A stretch of DNA of 64,000 bases, taken from the NCBI GenBank assembly GCA_964388035.1, contig CAYLZE010000007.1:48246-112245 (forward strand), given 5' to 3'. Within the stretch, counting starts at the first letter, position 1. Every line of letters starts with the position of its first letter. The DNA comes from an uncultured archaeon. GTDB taxonomy: Archaea; Asgardarchaeota; Lokiarchaeia; Sigyniarchaeales; SOKP01. A program made the position numbers and the translations under genes. The notes under the pieces are model-generated. The model did no database searches, was not told where the DNA came from, and was given only the letters and a program-made list of their open reading frames with translations. Of this stretch, positions 18,840 to 29,123 are shown one piece after another.

Positions 18840-19640
18840 TTAGTTTCTGGGATAAGAGATATCTTTCATTATAAAGATATCTTGGGAACCAAGGTTCACG
18901 GTTATACCAGAAATTTTGGCTATATCTCCTTTAAAATGTTCCTTTTCTTTCATTAGAAATTCATTTATCATTTGATTTGCTTTATTCATGACCAAATCAT
19001 AGTTTAATTTAAAGAGGTTGACAACCTGTAAGTTTTCATCTTCAATGGCTAATATGTCGCTAAGTCTTGGAGCATAATTATTGATCAATTCACCATGGAG
19101 AACCATCCTCGTTGGATCCATGTTGGAATTATCGGGAGCGATTTTAAAATCTTCGGGACTTCCCGCTTGCTTTAATGCAGCCAAGAATCCCATCATTGCC
19201 CCGCAAGAAGAAGTAAGGTTTTGTTGCCCCGGTCGAGCTAGTTTTCCATAGATATATTCTCCTTGCTGATTCTTAATAAGACCCACATGAGGACTAATAA
19301 AAAAGATCAAGTTCCCGTGCTTTTTTTCCCCATTAGATTTGTTGTCTGGAGAGTGGTGCGAAGCGGCAGTTATTCCTGAAACACCCCCCATCGGATAGGC
19401 GCCTAAGCCTCCCAAGTGAAACTCTCCGTTATAATTTGAGGTTAATGCATTTTCCACGGAATCCACTTCATCAATTCTATTCACATCGTCTGGACAAACT
19501 GAAAAGACGAGTCTAGAGTTATGCTTCTCAAGTCCATGATCCGTCAAGTTTTTCCTAACTTCAAGCATAAAATTGTTAATTGAAAGGATTTTTCCCCAAT
19601 TTCCATAAGTTTTATTTAATTCATTAATGAATTCGTTCAA
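18840..19640 (-). CDS. LCIB/LCIC-family beta-type carbonic anhydrase
   Basis: SVCPDDVN, HLGGLGAYP.GG.SG..AA.HH.P, PHVG, RPGQ...SSCGAM; Cys/His/Cys Zn ligands present. Confidence 0.82.
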   Translation of the reverse strand: MNEFINELNKTYGNWGKILSINNFMLEVRKNLTDHGLEKHNSRLVFSVCPDDVNRIDEVDSVENALTSNYNGEFHLGGLGAYPMGGVSGITAASHHSPDNKSNGEKKHGNLIFFISPHVGLIKNQQGEYIYGKLARPGQQNLTSSCGAMMGFLAALKQAGSPEDFKIAPDNSNMDPTRMVLHGELINNYAPRLSDILAIEDENLQVVNLFKLNYDLVMNKANQMINEFLMKEKEHFKGDIAKISGITVNLGSQDIFIMKDISYPRN

Positions 19641-19907
19641 TTTTATTCTTCCCCTAATTTGTTAATTAAATTTTTTATACTAACTTCATTGAAAAAGATT
19701 TTTTATTTATAATTTTTGAAAAACAAAACACCATATTCGGGATCAGATTGAAATTTATTATTATCGTTAAAGATAACGTTGAAAAATTAAATGGTTCTGT
19801 CTCATAGTTGATCTGATTGAATGATAATTCTCCTTTCAAATTAATTTGGCTTAATTCATACTCCGGTAAAAATATCGAATGAAAATTAGAATAGCAAATA
19901 ATGCTTA

Positions 19908-20357
19908 TTATGGGAGAGGTTTACCACAATTCGAACATTTCTTAGCAAAACTGGGGTGAACCATTCCGCAATGACTACATGTTTTAATGAATGACTTTCC
20001 ATAATTAAAATCGAGAGATACAGGTTCATGGGCTTTAATTTTCTCACTTTGGATATCAGAAGTGATATCCTCCATTAACTTTCTTCGTCGCCGTTCTCTT
20101 TTTATTTTATCCTCCTTTGTCGGAAACAACTGAGAATAAAGTCCTTTTTGTTTCCTTCGCTTCAATAAAAATCCTCCGACAAAAAGGAACAGGAAGACTA
20201 TAATTAAAATAGAAACAATGGGATTGGTATTTAATTCCGTTAGATAAATATATAGAATATAAAGAATGATGATATTGATCAATAGAATTAGAATCTCCAC
20301 TACTATTTGTTTACTGTATTTCTTTTTAAGTTCTTCCCGATTTTCTACTTCATTCAT
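19908..20357 (-). CDS. Two-TM membrane protein with C-terminal double zinc ribbon
   Basis: Two hydrophobic helices, basic stretch, CSHCG...CSNCG; directly downstream of atpI. Confidence 0.7.
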   Translation of the reverse strand: MNEVENREELKKKYSKQIVVEILILLINIIILYILYIYLTELNTNPIVSILIIVFLFLFVGGFLLKRRKQKGLYSQLFPTKEDKIKRERRRRKLMEDITSDIQSEKIKAHEPVSLDFNYGKSFIKTCSHCGMVHPSFAKKCSNCGKPLP

Positions 20358-20389
20358 TCTTTCATTTATCTCATTTTTTGGAGTTAGTA

Positions 20390-22624
20390 TTATAAGTACT
20401 TGTTGATAATATACTCGCGAGCTCTTTCAATATTTTCTTGCGCTTTTTTAATAGTGATTTCTTTTTCGATTTCTTCAGAGATTACATCTACCTCATAATC
20501 CGTGGTTATTACTATATTTGAGAAATCGCTCTCCAAGTAGAAAGGATAAAACTCGGTTCCTGTGCCTTGGTAGAATTTAAAGAAAAATTCATAGAAATGT
20601 AACCTCAACGCATTGATGAATGCCAATAAGCCCTCCAGTAAAATAACCATGACATTTCCAAGAATTAACCCTATCACTTTGAAAATTTGCGTTAATATAC
20701 CCGTAGCAGTAAAGAGGCCTATAATGGCTTCAATAGTAAACATTAAAGCAATATGTGCTAAGGCGAGAGCTAATAATCGGATATAGGAAGCCACGTTACT
20801 TAAAACCGATAAAAATGTCTCAAAAGTTTCGAATGAACCCTCACCAAATAAGCTACTATAAGATTCGATATTCAAATATGATACTTTAAGAGCTTTTCCC
20901 AAAGGTTTGAAGAATATCAATAAAATTCCAGGTATTATCGGTAAAAGGATAGGAAATGGCTCCGCGAACCAAGCATTTAAATTAAAACCCCATACAAATA
21001 ATAGAATAGTACCTCCCGTAAGAAGAAAAATCTTAGTTAAAGAATCAGTAAATGCTAAATATCTTCTTTTTTGCCTCCAATAGTTAAGAAATTGAATTGA
21101 CCAGCCAAAATTGATTTGAACAACCCCAACTAAAAGAGCGAACTTTAAAACCATGGTGATATTATTTAATGGATTATAGAGAGTAAGAGACCCAATATGT
21201 ACAGGAACCAGTTGATAACCGAAAATATGGTTTTGTCCAAAGAATTCTCCATAAAGAATTCCTGCCAAAATTGCTCCCCATCCACAATAAAAAATGATCC
21301 ATGAAAAATTTCTCAGATTTTCACTTTTTTTCCTAAAAAGAATTCCTCCCATTAATCCTGCTATGACCAAACAGAGACCATGACCAATATCTCCAAACAT
21401 CAAACCAAATAAAAACGGAAAAGAAATAGCGATAAAGGGAGTGGGATCGGTCTCACCATATGCGGGGACTCCATACATTTTCACTAGCGTTTCAAAAGGG
21501 CGAATTAAGAAGTTATGTTTCATAATAGTAGGCGTTTCTTTTCTTAAATCTTCCTCTTCCTCTTTCTTTCGAAATTGTGGGACTTTTCCATCTTTTCCTT
21601 CTTTTTTAATTATCTCCGCTTCCGTGATTTTTTCTCCTTTCTCAATATTAACAGCATCCACAATAATTTTATCTTTAAACGCTTTTAAGAGCCGATCTTT
21701 CACCTGTGTTTTATCCCTTGCAGGTATAAAAAACTTGAGAACGAAGGTCGTTGGAGATACTGCTTCAAACTGACGCTGGACCCAAAAATAATCTTCAATA
21801 TTTTTAATGACCTCTTCAATTGCGGCGAATTTTAAAAGGTTTTCATTTCTAATTCGTTGCACTTCTAGTTCATATTTCGTTAATGTTCTTTCGATGTAAT
21901 CAATTTCCTTGTAAATGCGCTCAAAATTAATTTTATCATACATTAAATATTTCTTATAAATGTGTATCTCTTCTGCATGAATTAATTTAATTCGTTCATT
22001 TAATTCATTTTCTTTATCTTTCGGATAAACAATAAATATGATGATCCTATCTTCTGAGGTTTGTTCCCATTGATATACATTAGGAAATGCTTCAAAATCA
22101 AACAGGTTCACTAAATTTTCAATATTTTTCGTGAAAGTGGTATACACCCTAAAATTCAATTGGGAAAAATAAGATAAACTAAACCGATTTAAATTATAAT
22201 TTTTCAGAAAAGAATAACATTTTTCATTAATTTTAACGTTTTCAAGCTCTATTCGAGCTTTAGCAATATAACGTTCTAATTCATTAATTCTGTTAGAATA
22301 AAAATTTACTTCTTCCAGCGTATGATTAATTAGATCATCCAGATTTTTACCGGTAAATGTTTCTTTTTGTTCAACCTTTAATTGATCAAAATCAGACTGT
22401 TTTATATTTAGTTTTTTTAGTAAGGTATCAGAAATTTGTCGTAATTTCTTAATCCTATCTAAACTGGATTGATCCTCCTTAGTTTGCTTCTCCTCTCTTT
22501 CTAATTGATCCAATCTCTCTTTGATGTGAACATCATGGATTTGAGAAAGTTCATTTAATAGTTGATCCTTATATATCCGACCAATCGTTATACGGAACAA
22601 ACTCATGTAATTTTGTCCTGGCAT
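20390..22624 (-). CDS. atpI: A/V-type ATPase subunit I (a)
   Basis: PFETLVKMYGVPAYGETDPT, FGLMFGDIGHG, SNVASYIRLLAL (essential Arg), LRLHFYEFF.KFY. Confidence 0.96.
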   Translation of the reverse strand: MPGQNYMSLFRITIGRIYKDQLLNELSQIHDVHIKERLDQLEREEKQTKEDQSSLDRIKKLRQISDTLLKKLNIKQSDFDQLKVEQKETFTGKNLDDLINHTLEEVNFYSNRINELERYIAKARIELENVKINEKCYSFLKNYNLNRFSLSYFSQLNFRVYTTFTKNIENLVNLFDFEAFPNVYQWEQTSEDRIIIFIVYPKDKENELNERIKLIHAEEIHIYKKYLMYDKINFERIYKEIDYIERTLTKYELEVQRIRNENLLKFAAIEEVIKNIEDYFWVQRQFEAVSPTTFVLKFFIPARDKTQVKDRLLKAFKDKIIVDAVNIEKGEKITEAEIIKKEGKDGKVPQFRKKEEEEDLRKETPTIMKHNFLIRPFETLVKMYGVPAYGETDPTPFIAISFPFLFGLMFGDIGHGLCLVIAGLMGGILFRKKSENLRNFSWIIFYCGWGAILAGILYGEFFGQNHIFGYQLVPVHIGSLTLYNPLNNITMVLKFALLVGVVQINFGWSIQFLNYWRQKRRYLAFTDSLTKIFLLTGGTILLFVWGFNLNAWFAEPFPILLPIIPGILLIFFKPLGKALKVSYLNIESYSSLFGEGSFETFETFLSVLSNVASYIRLLALALAHIALMFTIEAIIGLFTATGILTQIFKVIGLILGNVMVILLEGLLAFINALRLHFYEFFFKFYQGTGTEFYPFYLESDFSNIVITTDYEVDVISEEIEKEITIKKAQENIERAREYIINKYL

Positions 22625-22642
22625 TGTTTTATCCCTAACTGT

Positions 22643-23275
22643 TTATTTATATATTAAATCTTTAGTTTTCTTTAATCGAATAAAATTTTCCCTATCTACT
22701 TCTTCTAGAATTTCTCTTATTTTTTTTATTTCCGCTTGTAATTCAGGAATGATGATATTTTTAAGACCATTTATCCTACGATTTAATTTTTGAAAATTAT
22801 GAGCAAATTTCAACATCATGTCTTCCTTCTGTGCTAAGGAGACCATTAGCTCAAAAAGGGTTATCATCATCTTTATCAAATCATCCAAATGATGGCTTGT
22901 TTGCATGAAAGAATATGCGGGAAGTTGTTTATCTTCTTTAAGTTTTAAAGTAATTTCGGGTAAAATGTTTCCCATTTGTTTAATATAAGTAACTAAAATT
23001 TTTGGAACAAATTGAATCTTGCTCATTTTACTAATCAAATATAAATTTCTGGTGCCCATTTCCTTATAAGTTTCATATAATTTCCCCATAGCCCTAAGGT
23101 ATAGTCTCAGAAATTCCTTTCTTAAAGATAGATATTCGGGAAAATAAATCTTTATTTCACTTATGATTTGTTCTCTTTTGAATTCGAGAAAATTTTCCCC
23201 TCTTACCGTAAAACGGAGTCTTTTCTGTAATCCAAGCAGATTAGTCTTGGTAGGTCTTACTTTCTTAAAGGAAAT
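22643..23275 (-). CDS. atpD: A/V-type ATPase subunit D (probable ATT start; longer than the ORF-track call)
   Basis: Frame is open upstream of 23089 and encodes SFKKVRPTKTNLLGLQKRLRFTVRGENFLEFKRE (AtpD N-terminus); C-terminal RRINGLKNIIIP...LEEVDRENFIRLK. Confidence 0.9.
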   Translation of the reverse strand: MSFKKVRPTKTNLLGLQKRLRFTVRGENFLEFKREQIISEIKIYFPEYLSLRKEFLRLYLRAMGKLYETYKEMGTRNLYLISKMSKIQFVPKILVTYIKQMGNILPEITLKLKEDKQLPAYSFMQTSHHLDDLIKMMITLFELMVSLAQKEDMMLKFAHNFQKLNRRINGLKNIIIPELQAEIKKIREILEEVDRENFIRLKKTKDLIYK

Positions 23276-23289
23276 ACACGAACACCTCG

Positions 23290-24684
23290 TTAAAACTGTT
23301 CACGATAATATTTATCAATAAATTTTTCTTTAATTCTGAATAATTGATTCTTGGGAAGAACCGAGAGAATGTCCCAAGCAATATCTAAAGTTTTTTCAAA
23401 ACTTCGATTTTCGTTTGCACCTTGATTCAAAAATTTATTTTCAAAATCATCGGCAAACGTCAGTAAATATCTCTGCTCCTGGTTCAATCCTTCTTCTCCC
23501 ACAATAGAAATAAGATCTCTTACTTCTAAAGAACTTGAATAGGTAGCTAGTAATTGAGAACTAACATCTGCATGATCCTCTCGAGTAGTTTTCGCTCCAA
23601 TAGCATCCTTCATTAATCTAGAAATGGAGGCTAACACTTCAAAGGGAGGATAAACCCCTTTTTTATGGAGATCCCTGCTAAGCACCAATTGGCCTTCCGT
23701 TATATACCCCGTGGTGTCAGGAATGGGATGGGAAATATCGTCGTTAGGCATGGTTAATATCGGAATTTGAGTAATAGAACCTTTTTTTCCTTTAATCTTA
23801 CCTGTTCTCTCATAAAGAGAAGCGAGATCCGAATATAAATATCCAGGATATCCTTTTCTGCTAGGTATTTCCTCTTTTGCAGAGCTTAGTTCTCTTAGCG
23901 CTTCAGCATAATTCGTGATATCAATTAGTACGACTAATACATGCATGTCCTTATCAAATGCAAAATATTCTGCCGTTGTTAAAGCGACTCTAGGAACGAT
24001 TAGACGTTCCATGATAGGGTCATCAGCGAAATTAATAAACGAAATAATGTTTTGTATGTTTCCACTTTCTTTAAAGCGATCCAAAAAAAAAATTGCTTCA
24101 TCTCTAATAATCCCAATTCCACAAAAAATGATTAAAAAAGGTTCTTCAGTTAACACTTTTGCTTGAGTAATTATTTGAGCAGCTAGTTGATTATGAGAAA
24201 GCCCTTGTGCGCTAAAAATGGGCAACTTTTGGCCCCTAATTAAAGTAAAGAGCCCATCAATAGCGGATACTCCCGTTTGAATGACATCTGAAGGATATTG
24301 TCGAGCAAATGGATTTATTGGAGCTCCATTTATATCTCTTTCCTCATCTGTTAAAATGTTGTAATCTAATTCCCTCTTTGTACTGATGTCTATGGACTTT
24401 CCTAGGGAATTAAATACTCTACCAAGCATGTCCGGAGATAATTTGATATTAAAGGTATTTCGAGTGAAAGAAATTTTCGAATTTTCAGAAGAGAGTCCTT
24501 TAGTACTTTCAAACACCTCAACAACGATCGTATCCTCATCAATTTTGACGACTTCACCGTTGCGTTCGGATCCATCTTGCGTATATATTTTAATAATTTC
24601 CCCATATTGAACATCATGCTCATTTTTCAAAAAGATTAGAGGACCTATGATTTTTTCAAGTCGGCTATAAGTAACTTTACTCAT
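23290..24684 (-). CDS. atpB: A/V-type ATPase subunit B
   Basis: [70 protein letters not shown]. Confidence 0.97.
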   Translation of the reverse strand: MSKVTYSRLEKIIGPLIFLKNEHDVQYGEIIKIYTQDGSERNGEVVKIDEDTIVVEVFESTKGLSSENSKISFTRNTFNIKLSPDMLGRVFNSLGKSIDISTKRELDYNILTDEERDINGAPINPFARQYPSDVIQTGVSAIDGLFTLIRGQKLPIFSAQGLSHNQLAAQIITQAKVLTEEPFLIIFCGIGIIRDEAIFFLDRFKESGNIQNIISFINFADDPIMERLIVPRVALTTAEYFAFDKDMHVLVVLIDITNYAEALRELSSAKEEIPSRKGYPGYLYSDLASLYERTGKIKGKKGSITQIPILTMPNDDISHPIPDTTGYITEGQLVLSRDLHKKGVYPPFEVLASISRLMKDAIGAKTTREDHADVSSQLLATYSSSLEVRDLISIVGEEGLNQEQRYLLTFADDFENKFLNQGANENRSFEKTLDIAWDILSVLPKNQLFRIKEKFIDKYYREQF

Positions 24685-24736
24685 TTTCCCTCATCTATTC
24701 TGATTTTTTTCATTTTTAACATTACTCATCCTTTTC

Positions 24737-26563
24737 TCATCTACTTTGAATTGATTTTAAAGAATCCATTTCTTCTATTAATTTATCTCGTAATTGTTCC
24801 ATTTGGGAAATATCATCATTTTTAACATTAGAGCTGACCCGTTGGAGATCATAAATGATCTCGAGACTCTTGATATCCTCTACTAATACTCCTTGATTGA
24901 TCAATTCCCGTGCTTCTTGATGAAATAACAATATAAGCTTAATTTGCGCTAAAAGTTTTTCCGGAGAAGTGAAACAATCGATATCATTAAATGCATTTTG
25001 TATTAAAAATCCATTCTTTATTATTTTCGCAACGAATAAATCAAGTTGTTGATCATCAGGCAAGTTCTCTTCTCCAATAAGTTGGGTAATGTTTTTTAAA
25101 TTGTTTTCTACAGACAAAATATCATTTACTCTTTTTCTGCACTGGAACCAATCTAATTCTATGTTATGCCATTCAACATCTCTCTCATACCACCAATCCG
25201 AGATGTAATCGGGATAATTGGAATAAGAATCACGCCAACTAATAGCAGGATAATGTTTGGAATATGCTAAATTAGCATCTAATGCCCAAAAGGCTTGAAC
25301 AAATCGTTTTGTGTTTGATGTGACGGGTTCATTAAAATCTCCGGAAGGAGGAGATACCGAACCAATAATGGAGAGAGAGCCAAGATTTTCTTTCTCTTCA
25401 GATTTACCTAATACATTGACAATTCCCGCTCGTTCATAGAAACTTGAAAGTTTAGAAGGAAGATAAGCAGGGTAACCCTCTTCAGCAGGCATTTCTTCCA
25501 ATAACCCGGATATCTCTCTTAAAGATTCCGCCCATCTAGAAGTACTATCAGCAAGAAGGGCAACATCATAGCCCATATCCCGATAATATTCTGCAATCGT
25601 CACTCCCGAGAAAATACTTGCTTCTCGAGCGGAAACGGGCATGTTTGATGTATTAGCGATTAAAATAATTCGATTCAATAACTTCTTTCCCGTTCTAGGA
25701 TCTTTTATTTCAGCGAATTGTTGTAAAACATCAGCGATTTCATTCCCTCTTTCTCCACATCCAACAAATACAATAACATTAGCATTACACCATTTTGCCA
25801 AGGATTGCTGGATTATCGTTTTACCCGTACCAAATCCTCCGGGAACGGCCACGGTCCCTCCTTTAGCAATAGGAAATAATAAATCGATAACCCTTTGACC
25901 AGTAATTAAGGGTTCAATTAAGTTTAATTTCTTTAAGTATGGCCTACTTTCCGTTACAGGCCATTTTTGTATCATGGTAAAAGATTTTTCTTTATTATTA
26001 GTTTTTATACGATAAATTTCATCATTAACGTGATATTTACCATCTTTCACCACATGAGTAAGTATTCCAGAAAGATAAGGGGGTACCATTATTTTATGTT
26101 GAACGGAATCTGTTTCTTGCACAATTCCAATTGTCTCCCCCCGCGTTACCTCATCATTTACACTTTTTAACGCTTTGAATTCCCATAATTTGGTTCGAGA
26201 AAGGGAGGGTAATTCTAAACCCCTTTTTAAAAACCCTTTATTCTCAGTTTCTTCTAAGGCAAATTCAAGAGGTCTTTGAATGCCATCAAAAATGTTTCCA
26301 ACGAGACCCGGACCCAATTCCATCGAGAGAGGTTCGTTTAGAGATATTACCTCTTGGTTAAGTTTCAGATTAAAAGTATCTTCATAACATTGAGCAACCA
26401 CGTGATCTGCATGGATTTGGATGACCTCTCCCACAATATTGTTCTTTACTACTTTAATCAAATCATTTAGACGTGTAATTTCTTCAATTCCTTTTATTTT
26501 AATTAAAGATCCGTTAATGGATGAGATGTATCCCTTGCCATTTTTATGATTAGATTTGATCAT
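24737..26563 (-). CDS. atpA: A/V-type ATPase catalytic subunit A
   Basis: Walker A GGFGTGKT, GCGERGNE, ANTSNMPV.AREAS, DSTSRWAE, EEMPAEEGYPAYL; no intein. Confidence 0.97.
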   Translation of the reverse strand: MIKSNHKNGKGYISSINGSLIKIKGIEEITRLNDLIKVVKNNIVGEVIQIHADHVVAQCYEDTFNLKLNQEVISLNEPLSMELGPGLVGNIFDGIQRPLEFALEETENKGFLKRGLELPSLSRTKLWEFKALKSVNDEVTRGETIGIVQETDSVQHKIMVPPYLSGILTHVVKDGKYHVNDEIYRIKTNNKEKSFTMIQKWPVTESRPYLKKLNLIEPLITGQRVIDLLFPIAKGGTVAVPGGFGTGKTIIQQSLAKWCNANVIVFVGCGERGNEIADVLQQFAEIKDPRTGKKLLNRIILIANTSNMPVSAREASIFSGVTIAEYYRDMGYDVALLADSTSRWAESLREISGLLEEMPAEEGYPAYLPSKLSSFYERAGIVNVLGKSEEKENLGSLSIIGSVSPPSGDFNEPVTSNTKRFVQAFWALDANLAYSKHYPAISWRDSYSNYPDYISDWWYERDVEWHNIELDWFQCRKRVNDILSVENNLKNITQLIGEENLPDDQQLDLFVAKIIKNGFLIQNAFNDIDCFTSPEKLLAQIKLILLFHQEARELINQGVLVEDIKSLEIIYDLQRVSSNVKNDDISQMEQLRDKLIEEMDSLKSIQSR

Positions 26564-27284
26564 ACTCTCTCAAATATTCCTCTATCTTTGATTTTTGCGT
26601 TTGAATAAATACTGCAAATTCATGCTCTATCTTTTTCATCTCTTCTTCAGAAATTAATTTCAAAAATTCTTTCTCAATTAAGGATGAATTATTATTAATG
26701 ATTTCATCAATCGAATAATCTCGAGCTATTTTTTCGGCAGGTAATATTATTCTATATCCCCCAATTAATCCTTCTTCTAACTTTCTTAATTGAACTTTTT
26801 CTCCAAATAAATCTTCGTGTTGTTTCTTGTTTTGTGTAAAATAATCATAATCTTTGGAATTAAAATGGTACTCAAGGGATGATTCCCCTTTTAAATCCTT
26901 TACACTTTCTTCCATATTCTTAATCATGAACTTGATATACTCCGAATAATTTTTTTGGATATGCTCATTAACTTTAGCTCGGATATCTTCATTTAATTCA
27001 TTGTTCAACCGATTTTTAAGGTTAAGAGAATAGTCCTTGGTTCTAATAAGATTGGAAGATAAAGAATTATTGCAAAATTCATTATAAGTATCGATAAAAG
27101 TATTTTTGATTTGTTGGGAACGCTCTTTGGTTTTTTCAAGATTTTTTTTTTTGATTTTTGCTTTCTGAAATAATACTAATTGATTCATTTCTCTAATTTC
27201 TTTATCCGCTTTTTGGACCAAGTACACTCCTAATTTTCCCACTCTATTTTTTAATTCTTTCTCTTCAGAAATGTCTCTTCCCAC
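26550..27284 (-). CDS. atpE: A/V-type ATPase subunit E
   Basis: N-terminal coiled coil, GLIGGYRI and DYSID motifs, operon position. Confidence 0.75.
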   Translation of the reverse strand: MGRDISEEKELKNRVGKLGVYLVQKADKEIREMNQLVLFQKAKIKKKNLEKTKERSQQIKNTFIDTYNEFCNNSLSSNLIRTKDYSLNLKNRLNNELNEDIRAKVNEHIQKNYSEYIKFMIKNMEESVKDLKGESSLEYHFNSKDYDYFTQNKKQHEDLFGEKVQLRKLEEGLIGGYRIILPAEKIARDYSIDEIINNNSSLIEKEFLKLISEEEMKKIEHEFAVFIQTQKSKIEEYLREYDQI

Positions 27285-27288
27285 CTTT

Positions 27289-27609
27289 TTAAATTATTAT
27301 TTTATGAATGATATCATAAATTTTGTTATAAAATATATCCGCACTGTCAATATTAGGTTCAAAAATATTAGGAACGTGAAATACAAAAGGACTTCTATTA
27401 TTTATTTTGAAATCTAATAAGAAATCAATATCATTTGGAGATAGTTCCATTGCGATGATAATCATGCCTATTGATTTTTGTTTTATTAATTCGTTAAATA
27501 CTTTAATAAAATCTTCAGGTTTTTCCACTTCTTTACCTTCTATTCCCAAGAGCCCAAATAACCTAACTAATTCAGGATCTCCCATTATAAACATTTCTTG
27601 TTCCGGCAT
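27289..27609 (-). CDS. atpF: A/V-type ATPase subunit F
   Basis: IMGDPELVRLFGLLGIEG...IGMIII...PFVFHVP; 106 aa. Confidence 0.9.
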   Translation of the reverse strand: MPEQEMFIMGDPELVRLFGLLGIEGKEVEKPEDFIKVFNELIKQKSIGMIIIAMELSPNDIDFLLDFKINNRSPFVFHVPNIFEPNIDSADIFYNKIYDIIHKIII

Positions 27610-27923
27610 TAAAATTCAAGCTTTAGTTTTTGTAAAATTGTATCTATTAATTGTTCTTTATTCTCCAAAAAAGCATTTTCGATATTTTTCAATGCACTAA
27701 TAAAACGAGCATCAAAATTTTTTATTCCGACATGTACATCTTCAGAAAGTTCCTTTAACGCAGTATTGACGGTAGCGTGTTTTTTGTCAATTACATTTTC
27801 CATGCTGGTATCTTGCTCTTTCCGATAATTTTTCAAATCAACATTATTCTCTTCCTTAGCATTTTCGATCAAATACTTGTATGTCTCCTCAATATCCTTT
27901 ATCCAATCAAATAAGTCAACCAA
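27609..27923 (-). CDS. A/V-type ATPase subunit H/G (peripheral stalk)
   Basis: 104-aa charged coiled coil (IKDIEE...LIENAKEE), translationally coupled to atpF. Confidence 0.7.
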   Translation of the reverse strand: MVDLFDWIKDIEETYKYLIENAKEENNVDLKNYRKEQDTSMENVIDKKHATVNTALKELSEDVHVGIKNFDARFISALKNIENAFLENKEQLIDTILQKLKLEF

Positions 27924-27940
27924 TTTTTTTCAATCCTCAA

Positions 27941-29002
27941 TTATATTTCTTTATTTCTTAATAATTCAAACTTTTTATCAATTAATTGCACCGCTTTGGG
28001 AAGAATATCAAATTTAATTTCTTTTTCCTTCATAATTAAAAGCTCCAATATTTTATAAATTGTAATATATTCAATATCGCCAATTTGCAGACTAACCTTT
28101 GTAAAAAAATATTCAATATAAAGTGATTCTAGCGCCCAATTTAGATGATCCTCATCAAAAGAGGATTCATGATAGAGATCTTTTATTTTTGAAGATGAAC
28201 TTAAAATATATTTGAGATTGTCAATGAAAGATTCAGTATTTTCCAATGCAATCAATGTTTTTATTATTTGTGGGGTTAAAATTAAATAATTATTAATAAT
28301 TATTTGACTCAAGAGATTTCTGTCTACATTATTCTTGATCCCTCTATAAATTGTACTTAAATTGTAGACTTCTACAGCATAATCTACAAACAAATTAATG
28401 GCGTTTCTTTCCTCTTTACTTGTACTATGCCCTATGTAAACCAAATTTCTGTAATACAATTGATCTAAGAATGCATCTAACACAAAAATCTCATGATTGT
28501 TCCTAAAATATAGCAGTCCTTCTCTTATGACTTCATAATATCTAGTTTTTCTCATGAAGTATTCAATTTCTTCTAGAGAATAGAGCTCAAGTAATTTTTC
28601 GATGAACTCCTCATTATCTAAATATTCTTCTACAGTAAAATTTACATTTTCCTTCCTTTCTTCTTTGCTTAATCCTACAATAGTTCCTATAATTATCTGT
28701 TTGATATTGTAAATTTCATATTTTAATAGAAATGTTCTAAGAAAGTGGCGCATATCATCGGGCGAATAGAGCATTATTTTTCCAATAACTTTTATAAAAA
28801 TATTATATAATTTACTTTCCACTTCCTCGACAGTGGGGGCTTCGATCTTCATATCAGGATAATATGGTTTGATAAACTCCAAAAACTCTTCAAAGTTTTC
28901 AATGCTCCTTAATTTTTTTAAAGCTGGTTCATCCATTATTATCATTTTCAGATAACCTATTTTAACATAGGTATACGCGTATGAAGGAATTTGAAATGTC
29001 AT
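27941..29002 (-). CDS. atpC: A/V-type ATPase subunit C (d)
   Basis: YAY..VKI..LK, KYEIYNIK.II, LDAFLDQLYY, EVYNL.TIYRG, KEKEIK; ~350 aa. Confidence 0.88.
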   Translation of the reverse strand: MTFQIPSYAYTYVKIGYLKMIIMDEPALKKLRSIENFEEFLEFIKPYYPDMKIEAPTVEEVESKLYNIFIKVIGKIMLYSPDDMRHFLRTFLLKYEIYNIKQIIIGTIVGLSKEERKENVNFTVEEYLDNEEFIEKLLELYSLEEIEYFMRKTRYYEVIREGLLYFRNNHEIFVLDAFLDQLYYRNLVYIGHSTSKEERNAINLFVDYAVEVYNLSTIYRGIKNNVDRNLLSQIIINNYLILTPQIIKTLIALENTESFIDNLKYILSSSSKIKDLYHESSFDEDHLNWALESLYIEYFFTKVSLQIGDIEYITIYKILELLIMKEKEIKFDILPKAVQLIDKKFELLRNKEI

Positions 29003-29123
29003 AAGATAACACCACGATTACATTTTTTAAAATAAATAATAAATAATTTTTATCTCCTTAGCAATTGGTAGAGGTATAATACATTAGAATGTTAAAAATT
29101 ATAGCATGTTTCTATTAGCTAAG

